Positions 1-8,821 of a stretch of 19,295 nt of DNA are shown one piece after another. Within the stretch, counting starts at the first letter, position 1; every line of letters begins with the position of its first letter. The notes beneath the pieces were generated by a model. That model saw nothing but the letters and a program-made list of their open reading frames with translations, searched no databases and was not told where the DNA came from. Location of the stretch: assembly GCA_039024555.1 (NCBI GenBank), contig JBCCQQ010000091.1:1-19295 (forward strand), given 5' to 3'. Source of the DNA: Cyanobacteria bacterium P01_D01_bin.156 (GTDB lineage Bacteria > Cyanobacteriota > Cyanobacteriia > Phormidesmidales > Phormidesmidaceae). The translations under genes and the position numbers were made by a program.

Positions 1-20
1 ATACGCTCATAGAGCTCCAT

Positions 21-56
21 AATAAAACTAGCTGAATCTTTCACTTCAGCTAGTTT
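21..56 (-). terminator. Probable intrinsic terminator downstream of the displaced ctaB 3' copy
   Basis: 12-bp perfect inverted repeat AAACTAGCTGAA (25-36) / TTCAGCTAGTTT (45-56) with 8-nt loop; on the minus strand it ends in TTTTATT. Confidence 0.6.
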
Positions 57-146
57 CGGGCATTCCAGGCTCTCTGAGCGATGGAATGTTCTTTTTTATT
101 CAGCGCTTTTGCTAAGCAACAAAAACTTCCTACTGTTCAGTTAAGT

Positions 147-296
147 TTAACTGTGGACAATCGTTGTCAACATAGTGTTTACGACCTGAATGCCATGGCG
201 TGTAACTGGGAAACTATCTATTACCATGGCTGCCGATAATAGCATCATGTAAAAGATAGAGTACTTAAACACACCACGGGTAAGGTCGCGATCGCA
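147..296 (-). pseudogene. Displaced duplicate of the last 49 codons plus stop of ctaB
   Basis: Ungapped match to 2093-2242, 15 mismatches in 150 nt by manual count (~90%). Translates [49 protein letters not shown] versus cta[11 protein letters not shown]...TTIVHG*. Homology stops one base past GCGATCGC (288-295). Confidence 0.9.
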
Positions 297-315
297 TCCA
301 AAAATGCACCAGTAA

Positions 316-438
316 AACCGAGCTAGAGGGCCTGCACCGAGATCGAGCAAGAAACAGACGGTGGAGAAGGCTAAACCAAAGCCAGCGAGTTTGTCAGATT
401 TGCAAGCGAAGTTTAGTCGTCCAAAACGACAAAAGTAA
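316..438 (+). pseudogene. Possible 3' remnant of a gene truncated near the HIP1 junction (tail reminiscent of cyanobacterial Tex/S1 proteins)
   Basis: Open frame NRARGPAPRSSKKQTVEKAKPKPASLSDLQAKFSRPKRQK* with no convincing start; resemblance rests on recollection of the 'SLxDLxAKF' tail only. Confidence 0.3.
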
Positions 439-524
439 CCTAAGCCTGAATATTCGATGCTAGCCTGGCTATAGGCTTTATATTCCTTCTTTACCCGATT
501 AAAGACACTTAGGGGATTCAGAGT

Positions 525-1073
525 ATGGTGGTTACCCTCTACAAATGGACACTGGATCGATACCATGCAGCCATTGCATCAGGACTTTTCGATGATCAGT
601 CCGTTGAACTATTAAGTGGAGACATCGTAGTCATGGCCCCCGAACGAGAGCCTCATGCTTGCTATAGCAGTGACGGAGCCGAGTATCTACGCCAGTTATT
701 GGGAAACCGAGCCTCCATCAGAGAAACTAAACCTGTAACCTTGCCCAATAACTCTGAACCCATTCCTGATGTAGCCATTGTTAAACCTCCACTACGTCGC
801 TATTTAGAGCATCATCCTTATCCAGATGATATTTGTTGGTTAATTGAATACTCTGACAGTACCCTGGCTAAAGATTTAAATGAGAAAAAGCAGATTTATG
901 CAAATGCCGGGATTCGAGAATATTGGATTTCAGATTTGAAAAATAACCAGCTGAGGATATTTCGAGATCTCGTAGATGGGGATTATCAAACCCAGAAAAT
1001 TTTGAAGGAAGGCTCGATTTCTCCTTTAGCATTTGCCGATGTCACCATTAACGTCAGCAGGCTATTTAGTTAA
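525..1073 (+). CDS. Uma2 family (DUF820) putative restriction endonuclease
   Basis: KWTLDRYH, VELLSGDIVVMAP..PH, SEPIPDVAIV, WLIEYSDSTLAKD..EKKQIYANAGIREYW are typical cyanobacterial Uma2 motifs. Confidence 0.93.
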   Translation: MVVTLYKWTLDRYHAAIASGLFDDQSVELLSGDIVVMAPEREPHACYSSDGAEYLRQLLGNRASIRETKPVTLPNNSEPIPDVAIVKPPLRRYLEHHPYPDDICWLIEYSDSTLAKDLNEKKQIYANAGIREYWISDLKNNQLRIFRDLVDGDYQTQKILKEGSISPLAFADVTINVSRLFS

Positions 1074-1080
1074 AATTTCC

Positions 1081-1203
1081 ATGGGTAGTCTAAATGATCA
1101 ATACCAACAACTGATTTAAAGCATTAGCGCTTGTGTGACAAGTGGTCAACAGTCGGCGGTACAGCAGGTAAATCGGGCTTTGGTGGAGATCTACTAGACT
1201 ATT
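1081..1203 (+). pseudogene. N-terminal fragment of a DUF1016/YhcG-family nuclease with two nonsense codons
   Basis: Translates MGSLNDQYQQLI*SISACVTSGQQSAVQQVNRALVEIY*TI; fits the DUF1016 N-terminal pattern Y..L...I......A...VN..LV..YW.IG, with TAG (1195-1197) at the conserved Trp and TAA at 1117-1119. Confidence 0.7.
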
Positions 1204-1207
1204 CTCC

Positions 1208-1366
1208 ATAGGAATCATCGGTGCCTTTTAGCTCATGCAAGATGACCGATTCAGCGAAGAAAACTTTGTCACCCTAATCATCGAAGCTTACAAACGCTTG
1301 CCATTATTACGAGGTCAAGAAACCAAACAGCTACCCACAGAGGAAGATACCGATGAAAACTCATGA
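1208..1366 (+). pseudogene. C-terminal fragment of a larger cyanobacterial protein (tail like that of LRR/COR-type proteins)
   Basis: Translates IGIIGAF*LMQDDRFSEENFVTLIIEAYKRLPLLRGQETKQLPTEEDTDENS*; TAG at 1229-1231 sits where Q is expected in the recalled motif IGAxQLxxDxxxSEENFxxL...LPLL. Confidence 0.45.
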
Positions 1367-1727
1367 TACGGATGCTGGAAAACTTACAATAGTCCAAAAT
1401 CTCAACCCTAGAACTCAGGTTCGTCTAGGCATGTCCAGCGATGAGGTATCTACATTCTGTCAACGCTGGGGAGTTAGCGCTATGGCTATTTTCGGTTCTA
1501 TCCTTCGAGATGACTTCACGGAAGAAAGCGATATTGATATCCTACTGACTTTTAACCCCGACGTGCGTCAGGGGTTACTCACCCTAGCTAAAATCAAACA
1601 TGAGCTAGAAGAAAAACTCCATCGTCCAGTTGATATCTCCATTAAAGAATCCATCGAGTCTAGTGAAAACTGGATTCGACGCCAAGAAATCCTAACAACA
1701 GCCCAAACGATCTATGAACAGAGATAA
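1353..1727 (+). CDS. Minimal nucleotidyltransferase (MNT) antitoxin, MntA-like
   Basis: FGSILRDDF..ESDIDIL (GS-X10-DxD) motif; overlaps the downstream HEPN gene. Start could be later (ATG 1431). Confidence 0.9.
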   Translation: MKTHDTDAGKLTIVQNLNPRTQVRLGMSSDEVSTFCQRWGVSAMAIFGSILRDDFTEESDIDILLTFNPDVRQGLLTLAKIKHELEEKLHRPVDISIKESIESSENWIRRQEILTTAQTIYEQR

Positions 1728-2061
1728 TGCCTCTCTCATAGACATTGTGAATGCCGCTCAGCGAGTTCTGGTATTCACAGCAGGACTTTCAAAAGAAGAG
1801 CTGGCTGAAAACGAAGAAAAACAATCCGCTGCTCTCTATCAAATTATTATTGTCGGTGAAGCCACAAAACGCCTGTCACCTGAATTTCGTAAACGCTACT
1901 CGATGATCCCATGGGCCGATATCGCTGGTATGCGAGATATCCTGGCCCATCAGTACGACAAAATAAATCTCAATACCCTATGGAGCGTAATTCAGGATGA
2001 TATTCCTGAGCTCTTAACCTTACTCAATCCTATGGTGTCTGAAATTTCTAAAGGGTCTTAG
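1714..2061 (+). CDS. HEPN/DUF86 RNase toxin, HepT-like
   Basis: IIVGEATKRLS, IPWADIAGMRDILAHQY (R-X4-H-X-Y motif); 115 aa, coupled to MNT. Confidence 0.92.
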   Translation: MNRDNASLIDIVNAAQRVLVFTAGLSKEELAENEEKQSAALYQIIIVGEATKRLSPEFRKRYSMIPWADIAGMRDILAHQYDKINLNTLWSVIQDDIPELLTLLNPMVSEISKGS

Positions 2062-2092
2062 CTATGTTATTAAGAGCCACGAAAACTGACTA

Positions 2093-3058
2093 CTAACCGT
2101 GGACAATAGTTGTCAATAAAGTGTTCACAGCCTGAATGCCATGGCGTGTAACGGGAAAACTATCGACTACCATGGCTGCCGATAGTAGCATCATGTAAAA
2201 GATAGAGTACTTAAACACACCACGGGCTAGGTCGCGATCGCAAGGACACTGTTTCAAATCATAAGCCTTACGTAAAAACAATCCGCCCAGCAGTAATGCC
2301 AACACCCCATAGAGCCAGCTGCAGGCCTCTGGAGGGCATACCATCAACAACGTCACCGGTACCAACAACACCGTATATAGCCAAATCTGGTTCGCAGTCT
2401 CCTCATTACCCACAATTACCGGCAGCATCGGCACATTTACCTTGGCATAATCATCCTTGATCAACATTGCCAAAGCCCAAAAGTGGGGCGGAGTCCACAC
2501 AAACACAATTGCAAAGAAGATCCAAGCGGCCCAGCCAACATGGCCAGTGACCGCAGCCCAGCCAACCATAGGGGGAATTGCCCCTGCAGCTCCGCCAATC
2601 ACAATATTTTGGGGAGAAGAGCGCTTTAACCAGTGGGTATATATACCGATATAAACAACAATACCGGCCATGGCCAAACCAGCCGCTAGCAGATTGGCAA
2701 AGTAGGTCAGCAAACTAAAGGAACTAAGCGCCAGTACAGTAGCAAAAATTAAGGCGTCCCGCACCTGAATCCGTCCCGATGGTAGGGGACGATCGCGGGT
2801 ACGTTCCATATCGTAATCAATGTCGCGATCGTACACACAGTTGATCACCTGGGCCGATGCCGCCGCCAGCCAGCCGCCAGCCATGGTAATCAACACCAAC
2901 AACAAATCTGGATGCCCCTGGGCCGCAACCCACATACTGGCCGCCGTTTCGATCAACAGTAACGGAATAATGCGAGGCTTGGTTAGCTGATAATAACTGC
3001 GACAAACCTGGCCAAAATTCTCGTGATGAATCTGAGAGGTGAGGTTAGAAGGTTGCAT
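2093..3058 (-). CDS. ctaB: Protoheme IX farnesyltransferase (heme o synthase)
   Basis: [72 protein letters not shown]. Confidence 0.97.
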   Translation of the reverse strand: MQPSNLTSQIHHENFGQVCRSYYQLTKPRIIPLLLIETAASMWVAAQGHPDLLLVLITMAGGWLAAASAQVINCVYDRDIDYDMERTRDRPLPSGRIQVRDALIFATVLALSSFSLLTYFANLLAAGLAMAGIVVYIGIYTHWLKRSSPQNIVIGGAAGAIPPMVGWAAVTGHVGWAAWIFFAIVFVWTPPHFWALAMLIKDDYAKVNVPMLPVIVGNEETANQIWLYTVLLVPVTLLMVCPPEACSWLYGVLALLLGGLFLRKAYDLKQCPCDRDLARGVFKYSIFYMMLLSAAMVVDSFPVTRHGIQAVNTLLTTIVHG

Positions 3059-3100
3059 AAAAAGAAGAAAAAAGACTGAAGAGAAGGAGTAAAACTAGAA

Positions 3101-4027
3101 CTAGCTAACGGTTTCTTTAGGAAGCGACCGGTCGCGGATGGAGAGAACCGTAAAACATACCAACGTACCTAGCAATGTGGCACCGATGGCCTGATGACAA
3201 ACCGTAAGCGGCTCTACCTGAAGATGAAGACGAAAGGTAGCGAAACCAAGAATTAGCTGCAGAATAAGTAAACCAAGGGCGAACTGAGCCTGTACTCTTA
3301 GCTGCAGGTCCAAGGCTGGGGTACGTAAAGCAACCACCGCTAGAATAAGCACCGCTAGGCTGGCCGGTATAATCCCTAACAAATGAGCATTGACAACATT
3401 ACAAAGCTCCATCAACCCAAAACATTGGTGAGCGGCCCAACGAGAACCCACAAGACCACCCAGGAGACTTTGGATATACACTAGCCCGGCTGCAACACCC
3501 GCTAGCCAGCCTAGACTACCGGCGGTGCCTTTCGCTTGGTGGGGTAGCAGCGCCGTACCCATGGCGAGTAAGCTGCAAAAGACTAGCAGCGCCGTACCCA
3601 GGTGAGCGGTAACGATGTCAAATCGCAACAGTTGGGTAACCGTTAACCCACCGAGAACGCCCTGAAAAACAACTAAAAAAAGAACCAGCCCAGCGGCCCA
3701 AGGGACCCAACGATCGAGCGCCTGCCGCCACCGTACGGACAAGGCCACCAGCCCAATGGCCATTAGGCCAATTAGAGAGGCATCCAAACGATGAAACCAC
3801 TCTAAAAACACTTGGAGGTTCATTTGCTGACTAGGAACCAACTGGCCATAACATAGGGGCCAATCAGGACAGGCTAACCCCGCATTCATTACCCGAGTTG
3901 CACTACCCACCGCCATCAAAAACAGGGTGGCCACCGCCATTTTCCACACCCACCGCCGCAGATAAACAACGGGGGTAAAGCCAGTGCCCTCATCTGAGCG
4001 GAGAGTCGGTAGTAAAGAATGAGCCAT
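3101..4027 (-). CDS. ctaA: Heme A synthase (COX15/CtaA)
   Basis: GSATRVMNAGLACPDWPLCYG, EWFHR, QGVLGGLTV, TAHLG, multiple TM segments; upstream of ctaB. Confidence 0.95.
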   Translation of the reverse strand: MAHSLLPTLRSDEGTGFTPVVYLRRWVWKMAVATLFLMAVGSATRVMNAGLACPDWPLCYGQLVPSQQMNLQVFLEWFHRLDASLIGLMAIGLVALSVRWRQALDRWVPWAAGLVLFLVVFQGVLGGLTVTQLLRFDIVTAHLGTALLVFCSLLAMGTALLPHQAKGTAGSLGWLAGVAAGLVYIQSLLGGLVGSRWAAHQCFGLMELCNVVNAHLLGIIPASLAVLILAVVALRTPALDLQLRVQAQFALGLLILQLILGFATFRLHLQVEPLTVCHQAIGATLLGTLVCFTVLSIRDRSLPKETVS

Positions 4028-4622
4028 AAAGCTAAAAACTCTTGTAAAAAGCTGAAGCAGCAGTTGATATCACTTGCCCTTAGCGTAGAAAATTTTTTTG
4101 CTTCTGTTGAAATAGATTTAGCTTTTCTTTCTGTTTAGAGAATTTTGTAAAAATCCGTATCTTTAATCCATAGAAAACCTATGGAAATCGATAGAGATTC
4201 CTTAATTACGGGAACAAAAACTATTGATGCAATCAAACAAAATAGAAGGAAAATATTAAGTCTCTTAAATGTGGGTTGTGATGCCTGCCATTTCTTTGGG
4301 GATGGCGTTACCGTTGAGGGGAATCAATGGTTCTCAGTGATAGATAGGCAATTGCTGCAACAGATTAAGAAACGGCGTCGATATCTTCAAGGGGATTTTT
4401 ACGTGGATACTTCGGTATAAAGCAAGACGTTAAAAAAACCTGTCATTCCCTAAAGTAATGGCGAAAAATCTGTAGCGATGGTCTATCTTAAGTCGCTGTG
4501 ATCTTTAGAAAGGATTATTTGTATTGTCACTTAGAATAATGCGCGTCGAACGTTCTGTTTAGACAACAGTTGTTAAGTTCTTTTTATTATTGCCGACCAC
4601 CCCGCAGGAGAGTGCTCGAATC

Positions 4623-5606
4623 GTGAACGGTATTCCTACATCTATTATTACTATGCTGATCGGCATTGCCGTCACGTTGATCAGCCTCTGGTACGGTCAG
4701 AACCATGGGCTAATGCCCGTTGCCGCCTCCACCGAAGCCGCTGAGATTGATCAGTTGTTCAATGTCATGATGACCATTGGTACGGGGTTGTTTTTGTTGG
4801 TTGAGGGCACCTTAGTTATTGCCTTGTTTCGATTTCGCCGTAAAGAAGGTGACGAAACTGACGGTCCCCACATTGAGGGGAATATTCCCCTAGAGATTGT
4901 TTGGACGGCGATCCCAGCGATTATTGTTCTGGGGCTATCGATCTATAGCTTTGAAATCTATACCGAAATGGGGGGTCTTAATCTGACGGAGTCCCATGGT
5001 CCAGAGGTTTTTCAGCTAGCCTATGCTGCTGAGGGTGAAGATACTTCCAGCTATCCCATGTTGGCGGCATCTGGCTTGGGAGAACCCCCTGATCTCGTCG
5101 GTCAAGCCGTAGATGTCACGGTTGATATATTGGCCATGCAGTATGCCTTTGTGATGACCTATCCCGACACTGGCATCGTGGATGGCATTTTGCATGTGCC
5201 TGTCAATCAGTTGGTGAAGCTAAACCTGAATGCTCAGGATGTGATTCATGCATTTTGGCTGCCAGAGTTTCGCATCAAACAGGACATGATTCCTGGCAAG
5301 GATACTTCTCTGGTGTTTAAGGCTACCCGTGAAGGGGAATATCCCATTGTTTGCGCTGAGCTTTGCGGCCCTTTCCATGGAGGAATGCGGGCTCAGATGG
5401 TGGTGCATTCTCTAGAAGAGTATGAGGAATGGGAGCAGAGCCGTTTGGCTGCAGCTCCAGTTGATCCGGATACGGTGGTGGCCGCTGCAGGCCATGCGGT
5501 GGATGAAACCGACGCTGAATATCTAGCTCATCTACAGGATCACGCTCACATGGCTCCTGACCAGTTGGAGCACTTACATCATATGGATATGGCTCTGATG
5601 CCATAG
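4623..5606 (+). CDS. ctaC: Cytochrome c oxidase subunit II
   Basis: LEIVWTAIP, DVIHAFW, CuA motif CAELCGPFHGGM. GTG 4623 (after AGGAG) preferred over TTG 4590. Confidence 0.96.
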   Translation: MNGIPTSIITMLIGIAVTLISLWYGQNHGLMPVAASTEAAEIDQLFNVMMTIGTGLFLLVEGTLVIALFRFRRKEGDETDGPHIEGNIPLEIVWTAIPAIIVLGLSIYSFEIYTEMGGLNLTESHGPEVFQLAYAAEGEDTSSYPMLAASGLGEPPDLVGQAVDVTVDILAMQYAFVMTYPDTGIVDGILHVPVNQLVKLNLNAQDVIHAFWLPEFRIKQDMIPGKDTSLVFKATREGEYPIVCAELCGPFHGGMRAQMVVHSLEEYEEWEQSRLAAAPVDPDTVVAAAGHAVDETDAEYLAHLQDHAHMAPDQLEHLHHMDMALMP

Positions 5607-5728
5607 GGCCTTGGTGGGTGTAGCCCATCTTCAATTCCCAACAGTGCTGATTCTGGCGGCTCGAATCAACCAGCAACGGCAACATTGTTTTCTCTCTCTC
5701 GTGATTTCCCAGTTTTCCGTAATTTTCT

Positions 5729-7420
5729 ATGGCACAAGCAGAGGCTATTAAGTCCCCTAATCCTGCCCCCTCTCCCGAACAAACCTTGGGGAATGAGCGC
5801 AGGTGGACTCACTTTTTTACCTTTAGTACCGACCATAAGGTGATTGGGATCCAGTATCTGGTGACGTCCTTTGTGTTCTACCTAATTGGTGGGGCGCTGG
5901 CGACGGTGATCCGCACAGAGCTGGCCACTCCCAATCCCGATTTTATTACTCCTGAAACCTACAACGGTGTGCTAACGCTCCACGGCACCATCATGTTGTT
6001 TTTGTGGATCGTACCGGCTGGGGCGGGGTTGGCTAACTATTTGATCCCGTTGATGATTGGGGCCAAGGATATGGCCTTTCCCCGGATTAATGCGATCGCA
6101 TTTTGGATGATCCCCCCGTCTGGCATCATGCTGGTGGCCAGTTTCTTTTTTGAGCCGGCCCAGGCAGGGTGGACCTCCTACCCCCCACTGAGTCTGACCA
6201 CAGGCATGTTGGGTCAGGGTATTTGGATCATGAGCATTCTGATTGGTGGAACCGCCTCGATTTTGGGTGCCCTCAACTTCCTGGTGACCATCCTCAAAAT
6301 GCGGGTCCCCACCATGCCCTTTCTCAAAATGCCGCTGTTCTGCTGGGCCATGATTGCCACCTCGCTACTGATTCTCATCAGTACGCCAGTGTTGGCCGGG
6401 GCATTGATTTTGCTGATGTTTGACCTAGTGGCTGGTACCGCCTTCTTTAATCCCACAGGGGGAGGCGATCCGGTGGTGTATCAGCACATGTTTTGGTTCT
6501 ACTCTCATCCGGCGGTGTACATTTTTGTGCTGCCACTGTTTGGGGCCATTTCCGATGTGTTGCCAGTACATGCCCGTAAGCCAATCTTTGGTTATCGCGC
6601 CATCGCCTACTCCAGTTTGGTAATTAGCTTTTTGGGGTTGATTGTATGGGCTCACCATATGTTTACCAGTGGCACACCTCCCTGGTTGCGCATGTTCTTT
6701 ATGATCACCACCATGACCATTGCCGTTCCCACCGGGATCAAGGTGTTTGGCTGGACGGCAACCCTGTGGCGCGGCAAAATTGCTTACACCAGTGCCATGT
6801 TGTTTGCCATTGGGTTTATTGCCATTTTTGTTATTGGTGGTATTAGTGGCGTTATGTTGGCGGCAGTGCCCTTTGACATTCACGTTCACGATACCTACTT
6901 TGTGGTGGCCCACTTCCACTATGTTCTCTTTGGGGCATCCATTTTTGGTATTTACATGTCCCTGTACCACTGGTTCCCTAAGATGACTGGGCGCATGCTC
7001 AATGAGTTTTGGGGCAAGGTGCACTTTGTTCTCACCTTTGTCGGCATGAACCTAACATTTATGCCCATGCACCAGTTGGGTCTCCAGGGAATGAACCGCC
7101 GTATTGCTCTCTATGATCCCCAATTTACGGATCTAAATGTGTTGGCGACCATCGGTGCCTATCTCATGGCGGTGTCTACGGTGCCGTTTATAATCAACGC
7201 TGTCTGGAGCTGGCACTGGGGTGAAAAGGCTCCCACAAACCCCTGGCGGGCACTTACGCTGGAGTGGCAAACCCTGTCCCCCCCAGCCCATGAGAACTTT
7301 GAAGGTATACCTGAGTTGAAAACAGGCCCCTACGACTATGGTCTCGGCTACATTCCGGTAAAGGACGATCCCGAGATCTACGAAGAAGCGATCGCAGCGG
7401 CTGCCGCCCATGCCCATTAG
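5729..7420 (+). CDS. ctaD: Cytochrome c oxidase subunit I (A2 type)
   Basis: STDHKVIG, TLHGTIM, GWTSYPPL, FWFYSHPAVY (YS motif of A2 oxidases), VWAHHMF, HDTYFVVAHFHYV. Confidence 0.98.
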   Translation: MAQAEAIKSPNPAPSPEQTLGNERRWTHFFTFSTDHKVIGIQYLVTSFVFYLIGGALATVIRTELATPNPDFITPETYNGVLTLHGTIMLFLWIVPAGAGLANYLIPLMIGAKDMAFPRINAIAFWMIPPSGIMLVASFFFEPAQAGWTSYPPLSLTTGMLGQGIWIMSILIGGTASILGALNFLVTILKMRVPTMPFLKMPLFCWAMIATSLLILISTPVLAGALILLMFDLVAGTAFFNPTGGGDPVVYQHMFWFYSHPAVYIFVLPLFGAISDVLPVHARKPIFGYRAIAYSSLVISFLGLIVWAHHMFTSGTPPWLRMFFMITTMTIAVPTGIKVFGWTATLWRGKIAYTSAMLFAIGFIAIFVIGGISGVMLAAVPFDIHVHDTYFVVAHFHYVLFGASIFGIYMSLYHWFPKMTGRMLNEFWGKVHFVLTFVGMNLTFMPMHQLGLQGMNRRIALYDPQFTDLNVLATIGAYLMAVSTVPFIINAVWSWHWGEKAPTNPWRALTLEWQTLSPPAHENFEGIPELKTGPYDYGLGYIPVKDDPEIYEEAIAAAAAHAH

Positions 7421-7427
7421 TTGAGAA

Positions 7428-7526
7428 CCGTCCCCTCCTAGGAGGGGCTCTGGGGTGGGTGATCGAACGCTATCAGTAAAGACCGTAACCCACCCTGCCT
7501 ACGGCACCCCTCCCAGGAGGGGATGG
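7428..7526. repeat. REP-like/short dispersed palindromic element
   Basis: Terminal hairpins CCCCTCCTAGGAGGGG and CCCCTCCCAGGAGGGG, inner arms GGGTGGGT/ACCCACCC, GCCTACGGC mini-hairpin; same architecture as 11182-11285. Confidence 0.75.
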
Positions 7527-7567
7527 TATTAGAAAGAATTTAAACCAACAGACTCTTCTCTCCTCCT

Positions 7568-8185
7568 ATGCAAAGTTCAGCGATTAACCAAGCCGATACG
7601 GTAACTGTTGCCGCCCAAAGCGACCATGGCCACGAGGAACACCCTGACCTACGCATGTTTGGCGTGCTGGTTTTCCTGTGCGCTGAGAGTATGATCTTTC
7701 TGGGCCTATTTATTGCCTATTTGAGCTTTCGCCTGATGGCACCTGCCTGGCCACCGGAAGGAACAGAGGGGCTGGAACTGTTGCTGCCCGGTATCAACAC
7801 CATCATCCTGATTTCTAGCAGCTTTGTTATTCACAATGCGGATACGGCGATTAAGCAGGATAACGTGGGGGCCATGCGCAAGTGGTTTGCCATTACTGCA
7901 GCCATGGGGGCCATCTTCCTGGGTGGGCAGATTTATGAATATACCCATCTGGAATTTGGCTTAACCACCAATATCTTTGCCAGTACGTTTTATGTCCTGA
8001 CTGGGTTTCACGGTCTCCACGTTCTGTTTGGTCTGTTGATGATGCTAGCGGTTCTATTTCGCTCTCGTAATGCGGCCCACTACTCCCATGAAAACCATTT
8101 TGGGATTGAGGCTACAGAGCTCTACTGGCACTTCGTCGATGTGATCTGGATTATTTTGTTTGCCTTGCTCTATCTCTGGCGTTAA
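7568..8185 (+). CDS. ctaE: Cytochrome c oxidase subunit III
   Basis: FLCAESMIF, NTIILISSS, FYVLTGFHGLHV, YWHFVDVIW. Confidence 0.96.
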   Translation: MQSSAINQADTVTVAAQSDHGHEEHPDLRMFGVLVFLCAESMIFLGLFIAYLSFRLMAPAWPPEGTEGLELLLPGINTIILISSSFVIHNADTAIKQDNVGAMRKWFAITAAMGAIFLGGQIYEYTHLEFGLTTNIFASTFYVLTGFHGLHVLFGLLMMLAVLFRSRNAAHYSHENHFGIEATELYWHFVDVIWIILFALLYLWR

Positions 8186-8217
8186 ACACCCGCTAGAGCC
8201 AAATTAGGCCCTTTAGT

Positions 8218-8253
8218 AAAAAAGAGCGCTCTCAGTGAGAGCGCTCTTTTTTT
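8218..8253. terminator. Bidirectional intrinsic terminator between convergent ctaE and hup
   Basis: A6-GAGCGCTCTCA-G-TGAGAGCGCTC-T7: perfect palindrome with A and T tracts. Confidence 0.9.
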
Positions 8254-8302
8254 AGACAACATACTTTCAATAAACGCCCTTACTCTCCCGTAAATAGGCC
8301 CA

Positions 8303-8584
8303 TTAGCTAGCAGCTGCCACAGATTCCTTAAACCCTTTACCAGCCGAGAATGCAGGCACTGTTGTCGCTGGGATTGTCATGGTTTCTCCAGTTTTTGGAT
8401 TCCGACCTTCCCGCGCTTTACGGTCCCTAGCCTCAAAGCTACCAAACCCTACAAATGTAACTTTTTCACCGTCTGCAACGGTTTCCATGATGGTTTCAAT
8501 CGCTGTGGAAATGACCGTGTCGGCCTCTTTCTTACTCATGCCAGTTTTGGCCGCCACGGTGGTAATTAATTCGCCTTTGTTCAT
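8303..8584 (-). CDS. hup: Histone-like DNA-binding protein HU
   Basis: MNKGELI..., VGFGSFE.R.RKAREGRNPKTGE, VPAFSAGK; true start taken as ATG 8584 (GGAG upstream), 93 aa. Confidence 0.96.
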   Translation of the reverse strand: MNKGELITTVAAKTGMSKKEADTVISTAIETIMETVADGEKVTFVGFGSFEARDRKAREGRNPKTGETMTIPATTVPAFSAGKGFKESVAAAS

Positions 8585-8778
8585 ACATAAGCTCCAAATG
8601 CCGAGACATTTGTAGCATGAGTTTCTAGGAAGAACAAGCACTGTTCGCAAACTTGTACAAAATTTGCCTAGGTTTGGACAATCTGCATCACTTGCTACCG
8701 AAAACCTTGGTATTAAACCGTTATAGTTACATCATTCTTTACAAGTGCCACAGCATATTAAACAAGCGACTCTCCGAG

Positions 8779-8805
8779 TCCCTCGACACCGTCGGGGGAT
8801 TTTTT
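8779..8805 (+). terminator. Plus-strand intrinsic terminator with no plus-strand gene upstream
   Basis: TCCCTCGAC-ACC-GTCGGGGGA-TTTTTT; the one non-Watson-Crick pair is U-G only on the plus strand. Confidence 0.7.
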
Positions 8806-8821
8806 GTGTATTGATGCCCCT

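Noticed and set aside
147..566. 139-aa minus-strand ORF
   Set aside because: Chimeric: only the last 49 codons are ctaB-derived; the rest is antisense to insert DNA and overlaps Uma2.
4147..4161. NtcA-like GTA-N8-TAT in the ctaA/ctaC intergenic region
   Set aside because: Mismatch to GTA-N8-TAC in AT-rich DNA; not distinguishable from chance.
4181..4420. 79-aa ORF with CDACH (CxxCH) upstream of ctaC
   Set aside because: No signal peptide or TM segment for heme c attachment, no recognisable cytochrome pattern, and it lies in an AT-rich divergent promoter region; most likely chance. Conservation in relatives would reopen it.
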